A stretch of 63,442 nt of DNA, the filler included, from Chiloscyllium plagiosum (Eukaryota), in the NCBI RefSeq assembly GCF_004010195.1. It is 4 parts of one record of this genome, joined end to end, with 100 filler letters (N's around TTAATTAATTAA, not from the genome) between each part and the next. Parts side by side here need not be neighbours in the genome. Positions count along the whole stretch, not along the records: positions 30,707 to 49,708 come from NC_057710.1; positions 49,809 to 63,442 come from NC_057710.1; 2 more parts are not named here. One strand, 5' to 3'. The position numbers and the translations under genes were made by a program. Numbering within the stretch: position 1 is the first letter of the stretch; each line of letters opens with the position of its first letter. A model generated the notes under the pieces. The model was not told where the DNA came from and did not search any database. It worked only from the letters and a program-made list of their open reading frames with translations. Of the stretch, positions 38,582 through 50,607 are shown in pieces.

Positions 38582-38869
38582 CTAAGTGAAGGCTAAGTGT
38601 CACTCTGAAGGTCACCAGTGATGTGGGAAAATGTAGGATAAGTTGAAGCAAATCAGGAACTAGCTTGAAGGACACTTACCTCTGGAAGCCCAGGATTCAA
38701 TTCCAAATAGAGAAGGATTCCTGCCCGGAACATCGATTTTCCTGCTCCTCAGATGCTGTGCTTTTCCAGCACCACTCTAATCTTGACTCTGATCTCCAGA
38801 ATCTGCAGTCCTCATTTTCACCATCAACTCCAAATAGACAAGTATAATTTTGGTGTAACACTGTCCCCA

Positions 38870-39730
38870 ACCCTAACTGCATTCCGCAGAGACCATTCCC
38901 TCCACGACTCCCTCGTTAGGTCTATGCCCCCCCTCCAATTCACCCTACACTCCCAACACCTTCCCTTGCCACCTCAAGAGATGTACATCCTGCGCCCTCA
39001 ACTCCCCACTCACCTCCATCCGAGGCCCCAAAGGATCCTTTCACATCTGGTAGAGATTTCCCTGCACCTCCACATATGTCACTTACTGTGTCCGTTCCTC
39101 TCGATGTGGTCTACTCTACATTGGGAGACAGGATGCCAACTAGCAGAACATTTCAGAGAACATCTCTGGGACACATGCACCAAACTGCCCTGCGGCCGAC
39201 CTGGGACACATGCACCAAACTGCCCTGCGGCCGACCACTCCAACAACCCCCCCCCCCCACTCAGCCAAGGACATGCAAGTCCTGGGCCTCCTCTAACACT
39301 GAATCCTATTCACCCAATGCCTGGAGAAAGAATCCCTCATCTTCCACCTTGGGACCCTCCAACCACATGGCATCGATGCTGATTCTACCAGTTTCCTCAT
39401 CTCCCCTTTCCCCCACCTCATCCCAGATCCAATCCCCCAACTCGGCACCGCTCTCTTGAGCTGTCCCACCTGTTCATCTTCTTTCCTACCTATCTGCTCC
39501 ACCCTCTCCACTGACCTAACACTATCACCCCAACACCTACATCCATCTATTGCTTTCCCAGCTACCTTCGCCCAGCCCCACACCCCCTTCTATTTATCTC
39601 TCATCCCCTTCACCAAACTTCCCCCTCCCACCACATTTCAAATGAAGGGCTTAGGCCTGAAACGCTGATTCTCCTCCTCCTCAGCTCCTGCCTGACCTGT
39701 TCTGCTTTTCCAGCGCAACATTTCTCCACA
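38870..39730 (+). mobile_element. Penelope family B 3' part (GIY-YIG plus pseudo-LTR), decayed
   Basis: TAFRRDHSLHDSLVRS; CTSTYVTYCVR.SRCGLLYIG; degenerate hammerhead at about 39640. Confidence 0.85.
39166..39235. repeat. Perfect 35-bp tandem duplication
   Basis: CTGGGACACATGCACCAAACTGCCCTGCGGCCGAC x2. Confidence 0.97.
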
Positions 39731-42700
39731 CTTTTCAACATTGAGAGAATGCTGTCCAGACAGCTTTACTTCTGATTTGGATGACATCGTAAATCCTGGA
39801 TGACACTATTTGAAAAAGAGTGAAGTGTTTTCTGGATTTATTATTACGGTTCAATGTACAACAACAAAATAAAAAAAAACACTTGGCTCATCCGACTTAG
39901 TCTTTCCATGTACGATGTGTACCCTGGCCTCTGATAAACTCTACAACATTTTAATACTTCTGATGAAGAAAATCTTCATTAATATACTCTGGTCCTTAAA
40001 TCTTACTCAGATAAAACTCCAGTATATTCATTCAACTGCTCCATTGATCATTACTGGCTTCCTGCTCTTCACAAAGAACAACTCTCCTTTTACCTTTACT
40101 CCACCTATCAACCTGATTCCAGATGCTGGGAGTGAGAGCGAGAGAAAATCTCATTGATTTTCCAAGCTGTCTAAGAATGTTACCTTCCTCCAAAAGCCTG
40201 CTTAATTTTCATATGCTATATATGTGCCAGATATGTAAAAGCATTTCTTGCTCCAGAATATGTACTTTAGGAGTATATAGTGTGTAGAGTTAATTTCAGT
40301 TGTCACAGAAAGCAATAAATGAGATGATGTAATAACTTTACAATTTTATGAACAAGAAGTAACCTTGAAGAAGATGAGTATGCTATGCCAAAAGATGTAA
40401 TACTTACTCCAATAAAACCTAGTTTGATGTTATTCATGAATCTCTAAGGACATATAGGATATGTAAGAATTACTAAGATTAGAATATCTAACAATATCTA
40501 AGAACAGAACATCCATCATCAACTCTTAAACTACACAGAACATAGAACATTCCAGCGCAGTATAGGCCCTTCGGCCCTCAATGTTGGGCCGACCTGTGAA
40601 ACCAATCTGAAGCCTATCTAACCTACACCAGTCCATTCTCAACCATATGTTTATCCAATGACCATTTAAATGCCCTTAAAGTTGGCAAGTCTACTACTGT
40701 TCCACACCCTTACTACTCTCTGAGTAAAGTTTTAATTTAAAGCCCTGAGCGAGTAAACTAACTTCACACAGTTGGAGAAAATATCAGATGCAAAGTATTA
40801 CCTGAGAGTTCCTAATGCTTCTGAAATTTCAGTGGGAAGATTTTTTTTCATTTTGGTCAGATCCCTCCTACTTTTAGATCTTTACTGACTCCACGTTCGG
40901 GTGATGATGTACCATTTAACATTATTCCTCAACGATTTCTTGATAAAGTTATGAGTTTTAATTGAGTTAATCTTTTCAGGATATTTTATACTCTCAAATG
41001 AAGATGCCATCTCTCCTTTATTGTTTCAAACTGGAAAGAATCCCTTATTAAAAATGTATCAGTGAATAAGATGTTTCATTTCTTTGTATTTATGAGTGTT
41101 GCTTCATTGTGGCTTTCTATGGTATTCATGTCATTAGGATGTTTACCAATTCTTATCAGCTGCTTGGTTTCAGAGTTATTCTGTAATTAACATCTTATTT
41201 TCATGCCTAAGTGTGACCAAAGAATAGGAACAGGATTAGACCATTTGGCCCCTGCAATCTGCTCCGCCATTCAATAAGATCATGGTGGATCCAACGTTCC
41301 TCATGACTACTTTCCTTCTCTTTCCCCATAACCTTTCGTTTCCCCTATCGATTAAGACTTTACCTATCTCAGCCATAGATATACACAAGGACTCTGCCCT
41401 CACAGCTCTCTGTGGCAAGGCTTTCCAAAGATTCACAACCCTCAATTTTAAATGGCACCACTTTATCTGAGACGATGCCCTCGGGTCCTAGACTCTCCCT
41501 TGAGCATCTACCCTGTCAAAACCCTGAAGAATCCTATATGTTTCAATGAGATCCCCTCTCATTCTTCTAAACACCAGTGAGTAAAGTCCTAACCTGTTTA
41601 ACCTTTGCTCATAAGACAATCCCTCCATATTGGGACCATCTTCATGAATGTTCTCTGAAGTGCCTCCATAAGTCCATATGATATAGGAGCAGAATTAGGC
41701 CATTTGGCCCATCGACTCTGCTTCCCCATTCGATCATGGCTGATATGTTTCTCAACCCCATTCTCCCACCTTCTCTGTGTAACTCTTGATACCTTTACTT
41801 ATCAGGAACCTATCTACCTCTATGTTAAACACACTTAAATAGATGATAGGCTAATGCCTCAATGTGTCACATTGACAACCAATGTATCCACTAACATGAT
41901 TCCAGTGGGATGTTGTCATGTCTCTTTCCAGGTGTTCTCTTCAGTGATTAAGTTGTTTTTATATCCTTTTCGTTGTCGCTATTGCATAGTTAATGGATAG
42001 CATATACGTGTCACTACCATGTTCCTTCTTCAATATCTCAAATTCAAAATGGACCTTTCTGTTTTTTTTCTGCTAGCTGCAATGTTACCTTAAAAGATTA
42101 ATGTCTACATGGACCTTTGTCTTTAAATGTTTTTACCATCTATGTTTGTCCTACCTGAAAAGTTATGCTTATTTCTCAAACAATATTTTTAACCGGATTC
42201 TGTTACATAGAACATAGAACATAGAAAAATACAGCGCAGTACAGGCCCTTTGGCCCTCGATGTTGCACCGATCCAAGCCCACCCAACCTACACTAGCCCA
42301 CTATCCTCCATATGCCTATCCAATGCCCGTTTAAATGCCCATAAAGAGGGAGAGTCCACCACTGCTGCTGGCAGGGCATTCCATGAACTCACGACTCGCT
42401 GAGTAAAGACAATGCTTTACTCCACAGATGGATATAAAACATATCCCAGATGCAGCCTTCATTGCAATGTAATTTTTTTCCTGAATGTTTCCAGTACCTT
42501 TGCAAGGTGTATTCTTCCCAAAATACCAATTTAATATGAGACACAATTTACATGAGGACATAGTCCCTGACATCAGTCATGATTTTAGTAGTTTGTATCT
42601 ATGACCCCCCCATCCCAGTGAATTGCATTTATGGATCAGGATATTAGAAACAAGAACTTTTATGGCACAGAGGAAGCTATTTGTCTCAACATGTGTGTAC

Positions 42701-45700
42701 TGACTGAAAAAGGGTTCTTCAGCCGAATTCCATTCTCCAGCTCTTTAGGTTACAGCCTATCATGTGCATGTCCAAGTAGTTTTTAAAGACATTTCTTCCA
42801 GGCAGTAAGGTTCAGATCTCTACCACCCTCTGGGTGAAATCTGTTCTTCTCAGCTTCTCTTTAATCCTTCCATAAGTTACATTTCAATCTATGCCGGCTA
42901 ATTATTAAACTCTCTAAGAGAAGCAGGTCTCTCCTGTGCACTTTATTTAGACATTGGAAGGAGGCAGAACATCACAAAATCAAACACTTGTGTCTGAAAT
43001 GCAGGAAAGGAAAGGAAGTTAATTCTTTTGCTCTTGGTTTCCTGACAGTTCTTTTTAAACTTTCTTACTTTGTTCCTGAAGAAATTAAGAATTACGAACA
43101 CAGTGACAAATAAATCAATAAGAATAGTGCAGCCCTGAGGAGGTTAGGGGAACAGGATCTGGATAAGACCATGGATGATTCTACATTTTAACATCAGACA
43201 TTTTACATTAGGGTTATTAGGTAATTTGACTGTAATGGCAGGACCGCTGTAGGGGGTAAGCAGGACGTGATGGGCATTGGATACAGCCATTCCTGATAAA
43301 GGCCTTTTGCCTGAAATGTCAACTCTCCTGCTTCTCGGATGCTGCCTGACCGGCTGTACTTTTCCAGCACCACACTCTCGACTCTGATCTCCAGCACCTA
43401 CAGTCCTAACTTTCACCATAGGATAGAGACAATACTGTTTCAGATTGATATAGAAGGTCAAAGACAGCAATTTAGACAAAAGACTGAATTCCAGAGTTGA
43501 GCTGGGAATGATGCTTCATGTCATCACAGCTCAACCTGATGAAGATCTTACGTTTGAAACTTTGACTGTCCTGCTCCTCAGATGCTGCCTGACCGGCTGT
43601 GCTTTTCCAGTGCCACACTTTTTCACTCATGTCATCAAAGCCAAGTTTGATTGAGTGTTGCATCTAATGGCTCTTGAAAAACTGGAACCAAGAGGAAAAC
43701 TCTATCCTGGTTAGAGTCATGCCTACCACATAGGTAGATGGCTATGGTGCTGGGGGTCAGTCATCACAGCTCAGGAGATCTCTGCAGGAGACAAGGCCCA
43801 GGGGATGATGGTTTCACTAGTCGATAAGAAATGCTGATATGGGAGATCCTGATGCTATGTAGATGGAGAGATATGCAGGAGTCAAGATCTCAGCTTGGGG
43901 TGGTGTAGGATGCTGAGTCTCTTCCAATGGTATCATTTAGTTTGAGGCAGTTATCAAAGAGGGACAGGGAATTGAGACCAAGGGCAATGTTTGTGGTGGG
44001 ACCTGAAGACAAAAGCTTCATTTTCGTCCCACTTAATTGGAGGAAATAGTGGCTCATCTAAAGCTTAATATCAGACATTGAGTTGGACGACATAGAAGCC
44101 TGTAGAGAGGTTTAGAGATCTGGGGAACAGACAAAGCAGGGTTGTGTTAACATAGGGATTAAAACTGGTCTTATGCCTGTCAATGATTTTACTAAGCAAC
44201 AATACTGAGATGTTAGAGAAGATGAGGGTTTGGAGGGGTCAGAGTCTCAGGATAGATTCTTGCGCTGTAGGGATAGATAAAGAAGACATTGATAGAGATT
44301 ATTGTTATCTAACTAACTGCGGACAATGCAAAGTAAAATGGGCACAGAGCAACCAAGCTGCAAAAGGTAGGAAAATGTTGAGTGAGAATGGTAATTTTAG
44401 TCACGTCAGAAAGAACATGCAGAGAGATTGAGGAGAACGAGGGGGATAAAATGCTCAAAGTCACATCGTCTTGTTCTTGGTAAGGGAGGGTTTATAAATC
44501 AATTGGATTCTTCATGAAAATCCAGAAGTTTCCGTAATTAAATTTGGGCTCCAACCTACAAATTAAATTTCACAACTTGTCACGGTGGAACTCTCATCTG
44601 AATTACTATCCAGTATTACTGCATGATATAACCTAGTGTACTCACCTGTCCATCACAGAAAACAATATATGGCAGTATTAATGTGGCAACATTTACAGTT
44701 AATGCAAAAGAATATAAAAAAAATGTCAATTATGGAGTTGGTGATTTCATGATGTAAAATTTGTTTTGCTCTAACTAAATGTTGTGCTTACACTGATTGC
44801 TGGCCTTGACAATTTATGCAACATTTCCAAAAGTCTCCTGCATTAGCGGAAAAGAAAAGATGCTCATGTCCTATCGTCATATTTCTATCAACACTAAATT
44901 AGTCGAGTCCGCACTTGCAATCCACATGTAAACACAAATGCACCAACTTAATGCTGCCTTTAAATTAAAAAAAACTTTCACAACAAAGGGTGCTTTGTCT
45001 CCCCACACAGCTTGCACACTTAATCTCCACGCACAGTTAGAGAGTGCTCTCATTCAACAGTACCAGTATTTTTGATTCCTGATTGCCTTGAACTGTAAGA
45101 CAGCTCTTGTGATTGTCTTAAGTTTTGAACACATCACTAAATCTAACGTCTTTCCTTTCATCAGGGGGATCAACAATATGTCTGTTCTTCCTCAATTTGT
45201 TTTCAATCAGCTGATGGGATATGCAGGGGCATTTGGAACATTACGCCCACACTGCCATTCAATTAGATCATGATTGGGCTGCACCTTAGCTCCATTTTCC
45301 TGCCTTGACCTATATTCCATAATATCCAGACTGAAAAAAAGTCTATAGATATCAGTCCTGAATAATCCAATTGTCCTTGTGACCACAACCTTTTGGAGAG
45401 AGGTTTCTAAAATTCTATCACCTTTTTCTAAGAAAAACATTTTCTTGATTTTTCTCCCAAACGGCCTAATTGTATTTTAAACATTTCACCTCTTCTTGTT
45501 GGTTTCCCCACCAGAGGAAGCAGTTTTCCTGCATCGACCTTATCAGATACTTATAATATTTTGGAAGCCTTGATGCTATCACTCTTCAATCTTTTATATT
45601 CAAGTTAGGTAATGCAATTGGTTTTGTTATTTAACACCTCTCCATCCTCTCAAGGTCAACCAGGATAGGTAGGAAGGATTCCCCTCTTATTCTCCAACCT

Positions 45701-46980
45701 AGCCCCAAGAAGTATACCATCACAAGGCGATGAATCTGCTGGTTCAGCTGAGAACTGCAAAAAGTGGTTCAGCTGCACATTGGGCAAATGAGTCAGTGGC
45801 TAGTATCTGCCAGAAGCCTTTGTTAACTCATGGCCTCCGAGTGGCAGTTCTATATTGAGTTCTGCCATGCTGTTTCCCTGAAATAGTTTTCAGAATCAAA
45901 ATACCCCCAAACATGTATCAGTTCATTGGGGGTTTCACTTCTGGGTGCACCCCACTCTCAGTATTCATTTTTAAATGATACTCTCTTGGTTTTCTCTTTA
46001 CCCTTGTTACAAAATTAGCATGAAGGAAAGACTTTATATTGTGCCTTCCACGGCTGTCTCAAAGTACATAGCAGCAACATTCTTCACAAAGTAATGCAAT
46101 TACTGTAATGTTGGAAATGTTTTAGCCAACTTCCACACAGTTCAATTCCACAATCAGCAAGGTGCTATGATGAGAGTGGAAAAATAGTATTGTGAGAAAC
46201 ATTCAATTTCCTCTATCGTAGTCTGTAAACTATAGTTTGGGATAGATTGATAGTTAACAAGCATTAACCATAATTAATTTGCTCACTAACTGCACTTGGT
46301 ATATAGCCAACAGTTTCGATTGGTGTTGGGCCCAGGCTCATCCAGACTTGCAGACTGAGGTCAGCTACACAACCCCTGTTTACTCATAGATTTTAGCTCA
46401 TAAGTTAGCCTAAACTTCAAACACACATGTTTAACTTTCAAAACTGTTGTCATCCCTCATCCATCCCTCTTTTCGTAAGGTCTCAGGCAAACATGTCATC
46501 CCTTAACAAAACTTGTTAGACAACACAATAAAATCACTTAAAGTCCAGTGTGAAAAACACCTTTCAGTTTTCCATTGCTGGAATTGCATTTCTTATACTT
46601 GGAACAATAGATATTTATTCAGCGTTCTACAATTGTTTAAAAAACGTGGGAAAATAATCTCATACATGTTTGATCGATGGCTTTCCCAAATTAGCAGGTT
46701 ATCAAAACATCAGACGAGATTTAACTTCAGATAGAACTTTGATCTTAAGCATTGTGCACGCTTGAAGCATAGTTGAGACGTCTTATGGGAAGAATCTTTT
46801 CTCGAAACTTTTCATGAAACTTTTATTGATTTAAATCTGAGTTTGCTAAATGTATCAAACAACATTTTTGTGAGAGATCCTGGCTCCAGTTATAAATCAA
46901 ATGCTGCATCAGTTTTCATTTTAATTTATAATATTTCTCCTGGTTTAAATCCTGTTTATTTTGTTCTTTTCAGTTTTCAG

Positions 46981-47017
46981 GCCCAATCCATGGGACTAAT
47001 CCTTTATCAGAAGGCAA
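46981..47017 (+). other. Isolated plus-strand small exon candidate (33 or 37 nt)
   Basis: Acceptor tttattttgttcttttcagttttcAG; overlapping donors AAG|GCAAGT and CAA|GTAAGC. Confidence 0.3.
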
Positions 47018-47729
47018 GTAAGCAATATTATGCTTTTGCTTCTATAATTAAAACCATAAGACATAAGAACAGTAATAGGCCATTCAGCCCATCAAGTCTG
47101 CATTGCTATTTTTTGAGATCATGCTGATCTAATAATCCTCAACCTCACTTTCCTTCATTTTCCTCATAATCCTTGATTCCCATTAAATACCTGTCTACCT
47201 CAACCTTGAATATATTTAACAATCCAGCCTTTACTGCAGGTAAAGAATTCCACAAATTTCTTCTTATCTTGGTCTTAAATATGTGACCCCTGATTCTGAG
47301 ATTATACCCTCTGGACCTGGACTCTTTCACAAGGGATGAATTGAGTAAGGCTGAGATAAGGAGAGATTTCTTCACTGTCATGAACCTTCGAACAGTCTAG
47401 CTTAAAGGTTAGTAGTTCTCTCTTGTTGAGTATATTTAAGGCTGAGACAGAGTTTTGGTCTCTCAGTGAATCAAAGGATTTGGGAAATGGGTGGAAAAGT
47501 GAAGCTGAGTAAGCGATGAGCTTTGATTCTATTGAATGGCAGAGCAATCTCAAGGCCGTATGGTCTCCTGTTTCTTATGCTTGTATACACCCCCACACAT
47601 CCACTGACACCAGGAAAAGTACAGACTCACATTCCTCTTCGTACTTAACACCAGACATTGTCAGTCATCATTTGGAGGATGCAGCAGAAGTGAATCACCG
47701 CTCCATGAGTGAATCCAAAATAGATTGTT

Positions 47730-49000
47730 AATGCTAATTTTTTGGAAAATGTCTATTATGAAGGAAGTAATAGCAGAGCATTTAGCATAATAAAATCACA
47801 CCGATTCAGCATGCTTCATCAAAGGAAAATCATACTAATGACTGGAATCCCTACAGCATGGGAAAAGTTCACACTGACCCTCTGAAAAGCATCCCACCCT
47901 ATCACTGTATTTCCCACTTGACCCTCATATCTCTGGACACTATAGGCAATCTAGCATGGCCAATCCACCTAACCTGCACATCTTTAGACTATTGGAGGAA
48001 ACCAGAGCACCTGGAAGAAACCCACACAGACACAGGGAGAATGTGCAAACACCACAGACAGTCACCCAAGGCTGGAATCGATCCTGGGTCCCTGGCGCTG
48101 TGAGGTAGTGGTGCTAGTAACTGAGCCCACTATGCCACCCCAACTCAACATGGAGGTAGCAAACAGGATAGATAAAGGGGGACCTGTAGATGTAATATAT
48201 TTGGATTTACAATAAGCATTCTATCAGGTGCTGCACATAAAGCTATTTAAGCTAAGAGCGTTGATGTTATGGTCTTTTTTTTGCATAGATGGTTAGCTAT
48301 TAGAGGATGGAGAGTTGGGATAAAGTAGGCATTTTATCCGAATGTCAATGTGTAACTAGGGGATTCGTGCTGGGGCTACAGTTAGAATCTATACGATATG
48401 TTAATGACTCAGTTGAGGAAATTGAATGTACTGTAACCAAGTTTGTGGGAGACACAAAAATAAGTGGAAAGACAAAAGTGAAGAAGGCAACATTCTACAG
48501 GAGGATCAGAGCAAAAACTTGGCAGATAGAATATAATGTGGGAGTTATGTGAGGTGATACACTTTGGCAGGAAGAAAAGAAGAATTGAACACTATTTAAT
48601 TTGCAAACGAGTGCAGAAAGCTGCAGCACAGAGGGAATCGTGGGTCCTTGTGCATGAATCGAAATAAACTCACAACCAAGTTCAAAAGGTAATAGGGAAG
48701 ACAAATCAATTAGTGGCCTTTATGTCAAAGGGAATAAGGTATAAAAGTAGGGAAATCTTGCTAAAACTATACAAGGCACTAGTCAGACCAGTTGGAATAC
48801 TGGAATACTTGGTCCTTTTATTGAAGCACAAATTCCCCTGGCATTGGAGGCAGCCCAGAGAATGTTCACAATGGTTGATTTGGGGTGTAGAGGGCTTTTT
48901 TTTGATGCAAGATATAGCAGATTTGGTTTGTATTCATTGGAGTTTAGAGGGATGAGAGGTTACCTTATTTAAATTTTTAAGATTATTCGGGGGCTTGATG
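47730..49000 (+). mobile_element. Old CR1 RT fragment with an HE1 SINE (about 47845-48142, minus strand) inserted
   Basis: PVDVIYLD, KFVGDTKISG, LYKALVRP; HE1 body. Confidence 0.8.
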
Positions 49001-49559
49001 ACATGCCCCCACTTTTTAGATTCCCCAGGAAGGGGAGTCAACCCCACAATGCTTACCCTGTCAACTCCCTTTGATATCTTACATGTTTCACTGAGATCAT
49101 CTTTCATTTGTTTAAACTGCAGGCAGTAAAGGCCCAGCTTGATCAGTCTCTGATCATAGGACAATCCGTCCTCCGAGGAATTACCCTTTGCTGTTTCAAT
49201 ACAAGTGCTTTGGAATAACAGCATTCCCAAGCTCTACATAGTTATTGGAAAATTTACATAAACTTCTTGCTTATTCCAGTTCACTTCCAATAAAGAGCAA
49301 TATTCTATTTACCTTCCTAATTTCTGTATCATTCCGTGGTGTGTGAGTATGTGTTGTTCTATATTCCTTTGGTGCCTTGTCAGTGTCTAGATGAGAGTGT
49401 GGCTTTCTTTCATCTGACAGTGAAATGTTGGCTGTCTCTGACTGGATGAACCTGGTTTAATGGTGCCTGAGATCACTGTTTCCACCAGTAACTCAGATGG
49501 GCTGAATGGCCTGCTTCCACACTGTAATATTTCTATGAGTTCATGACTCTATGACTTGT

Positions 49560-49708
49560 GGTAAAAACAATGACTGCAGATGCTGGAAACCAGATTCTGA
49601 ATCAGTGGTGCTGGAAGAGCACAGCAATTCAGGCAGCATCCGACGAGCAGCAAAATCGACGTTTCGAGCAAAAGCCCTTCATCAGGAATAAAGGCAGAGA
49701 GCCTGAAG
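49560..49708 (-). mobile_element. Penelope family B pseudo-LTR with near-intact hammerhead (49654-49689)
   Basis: ATTC-CTGATGA-A-GGGC-TTTT-GCTC-GAA-ACGT-C (G-U pair in stem II). Confidence 0.88.
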
Positions 49709-49808
49709 NNNNNNNNNNNNNNNNNNNNNNNNNNNNNNNNNNNNNNNNNNNNTTAATTAATTAANNNNNNNNNNNNNNNNNNNNNNNNNNNNNNNNNNNN
49801 NNNNNNNN
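49709..49808. other. Artificial 100-bp scaffold spacer
   Basis: N44-TTAATTAATTAA-N44. Confidence 0.97.
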
Positions 49809-50607
49809 TCTCGCCCATGTCCTCAGAACCGCCTGTCCGTCCCTCTAACTAGAGAGTCTCCTATAACTAGTGCTCTCCTCCTCTCCCCCTTTCCCTTCTG
49901 AGTCTCAGAGCCACAGACCCCTTCACTGCAGCTTACACCTGCAACGCTGTCCCCCCCAACAGTTTCCAAAGCTGTATATTTATTTTTTAGGGGAACGACC
50001 ACAGGGGAACCCTGCACTGCCTTCTTCTTCCCCTTCCCACCTCTAACTGTTACCCAGCTACCTCTGTTCTCTGGCGTAGCTATGTCCCTGTAGCTTCTAT
50101 CTATCACCTTCTCAGCCTCTCGAATAATCCTCAGTTCATCCAACTCCAGTTCCAGTTCCCTAACTCGTTCTGTGAGGAGCAGGATCTGACTGCATTTCCT
50201 GCAGATGAAGTCGGCAGGAGTATCGGTGGTCACCCCTACCTCGAACATCTTGCAGGAGGAACATTCCACTGCCTGCGCTGCCATTACTCTACACCTCGTC
50301 TCCAAAACAAGAACACTGAGTCGCTTACCTGTGAACTTTAAAGTTAGGTTAGAGGAGGAGGATGGGAGGGAGGCCCTACTATGTAGGGCCTGGGGTCTAG
50401 AACACACCCACTCAAATATCAATCACTTACCTTCTCGACCAGCTCTGCGCTCCAACCTCACTTCCGCCCAGCTCGCGCCACTCTCTGCTGAGAAAAGACC
50501 GTTGGCGTCGAGGTAAGTTCTTTATATATCAATTACCTTCCCGACCAGCTCTGCGCTCCAACCTCACTTCCGCCCAGCTCGCGCCGCACTCTGCTGTGAA
50601 AAGACCA
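49809..50607 (-). mobile_element. CR1 LINE 5' end: tandem 5'UTR monomers and ORF1 (ATG 50284) up to the GDSL motif
   Basis: MAAQAVECSSC...CRKC..LTERVRELELELDEL...RALVIGDSLVRGTDRRF*; two monomers of about 78 bp at 50423-50500 and 50529-50607. Confidence 0.92.

Noticed and set aside
38674..38710. Perfect minus-strand donor GAG|GTAAGT
   Set aside because: The upstream context is a SINE-like GGAATTGAATCCTGGG remnant followed directly by a pseudo-LTR insert; no acceptor
50330..50420. HDV-like ribozyme in the CR1 5'UTR
   Set aside because: I could not assign the P1/P2/P3 nested pseudoknot pairings; only a simple hairpin is supported
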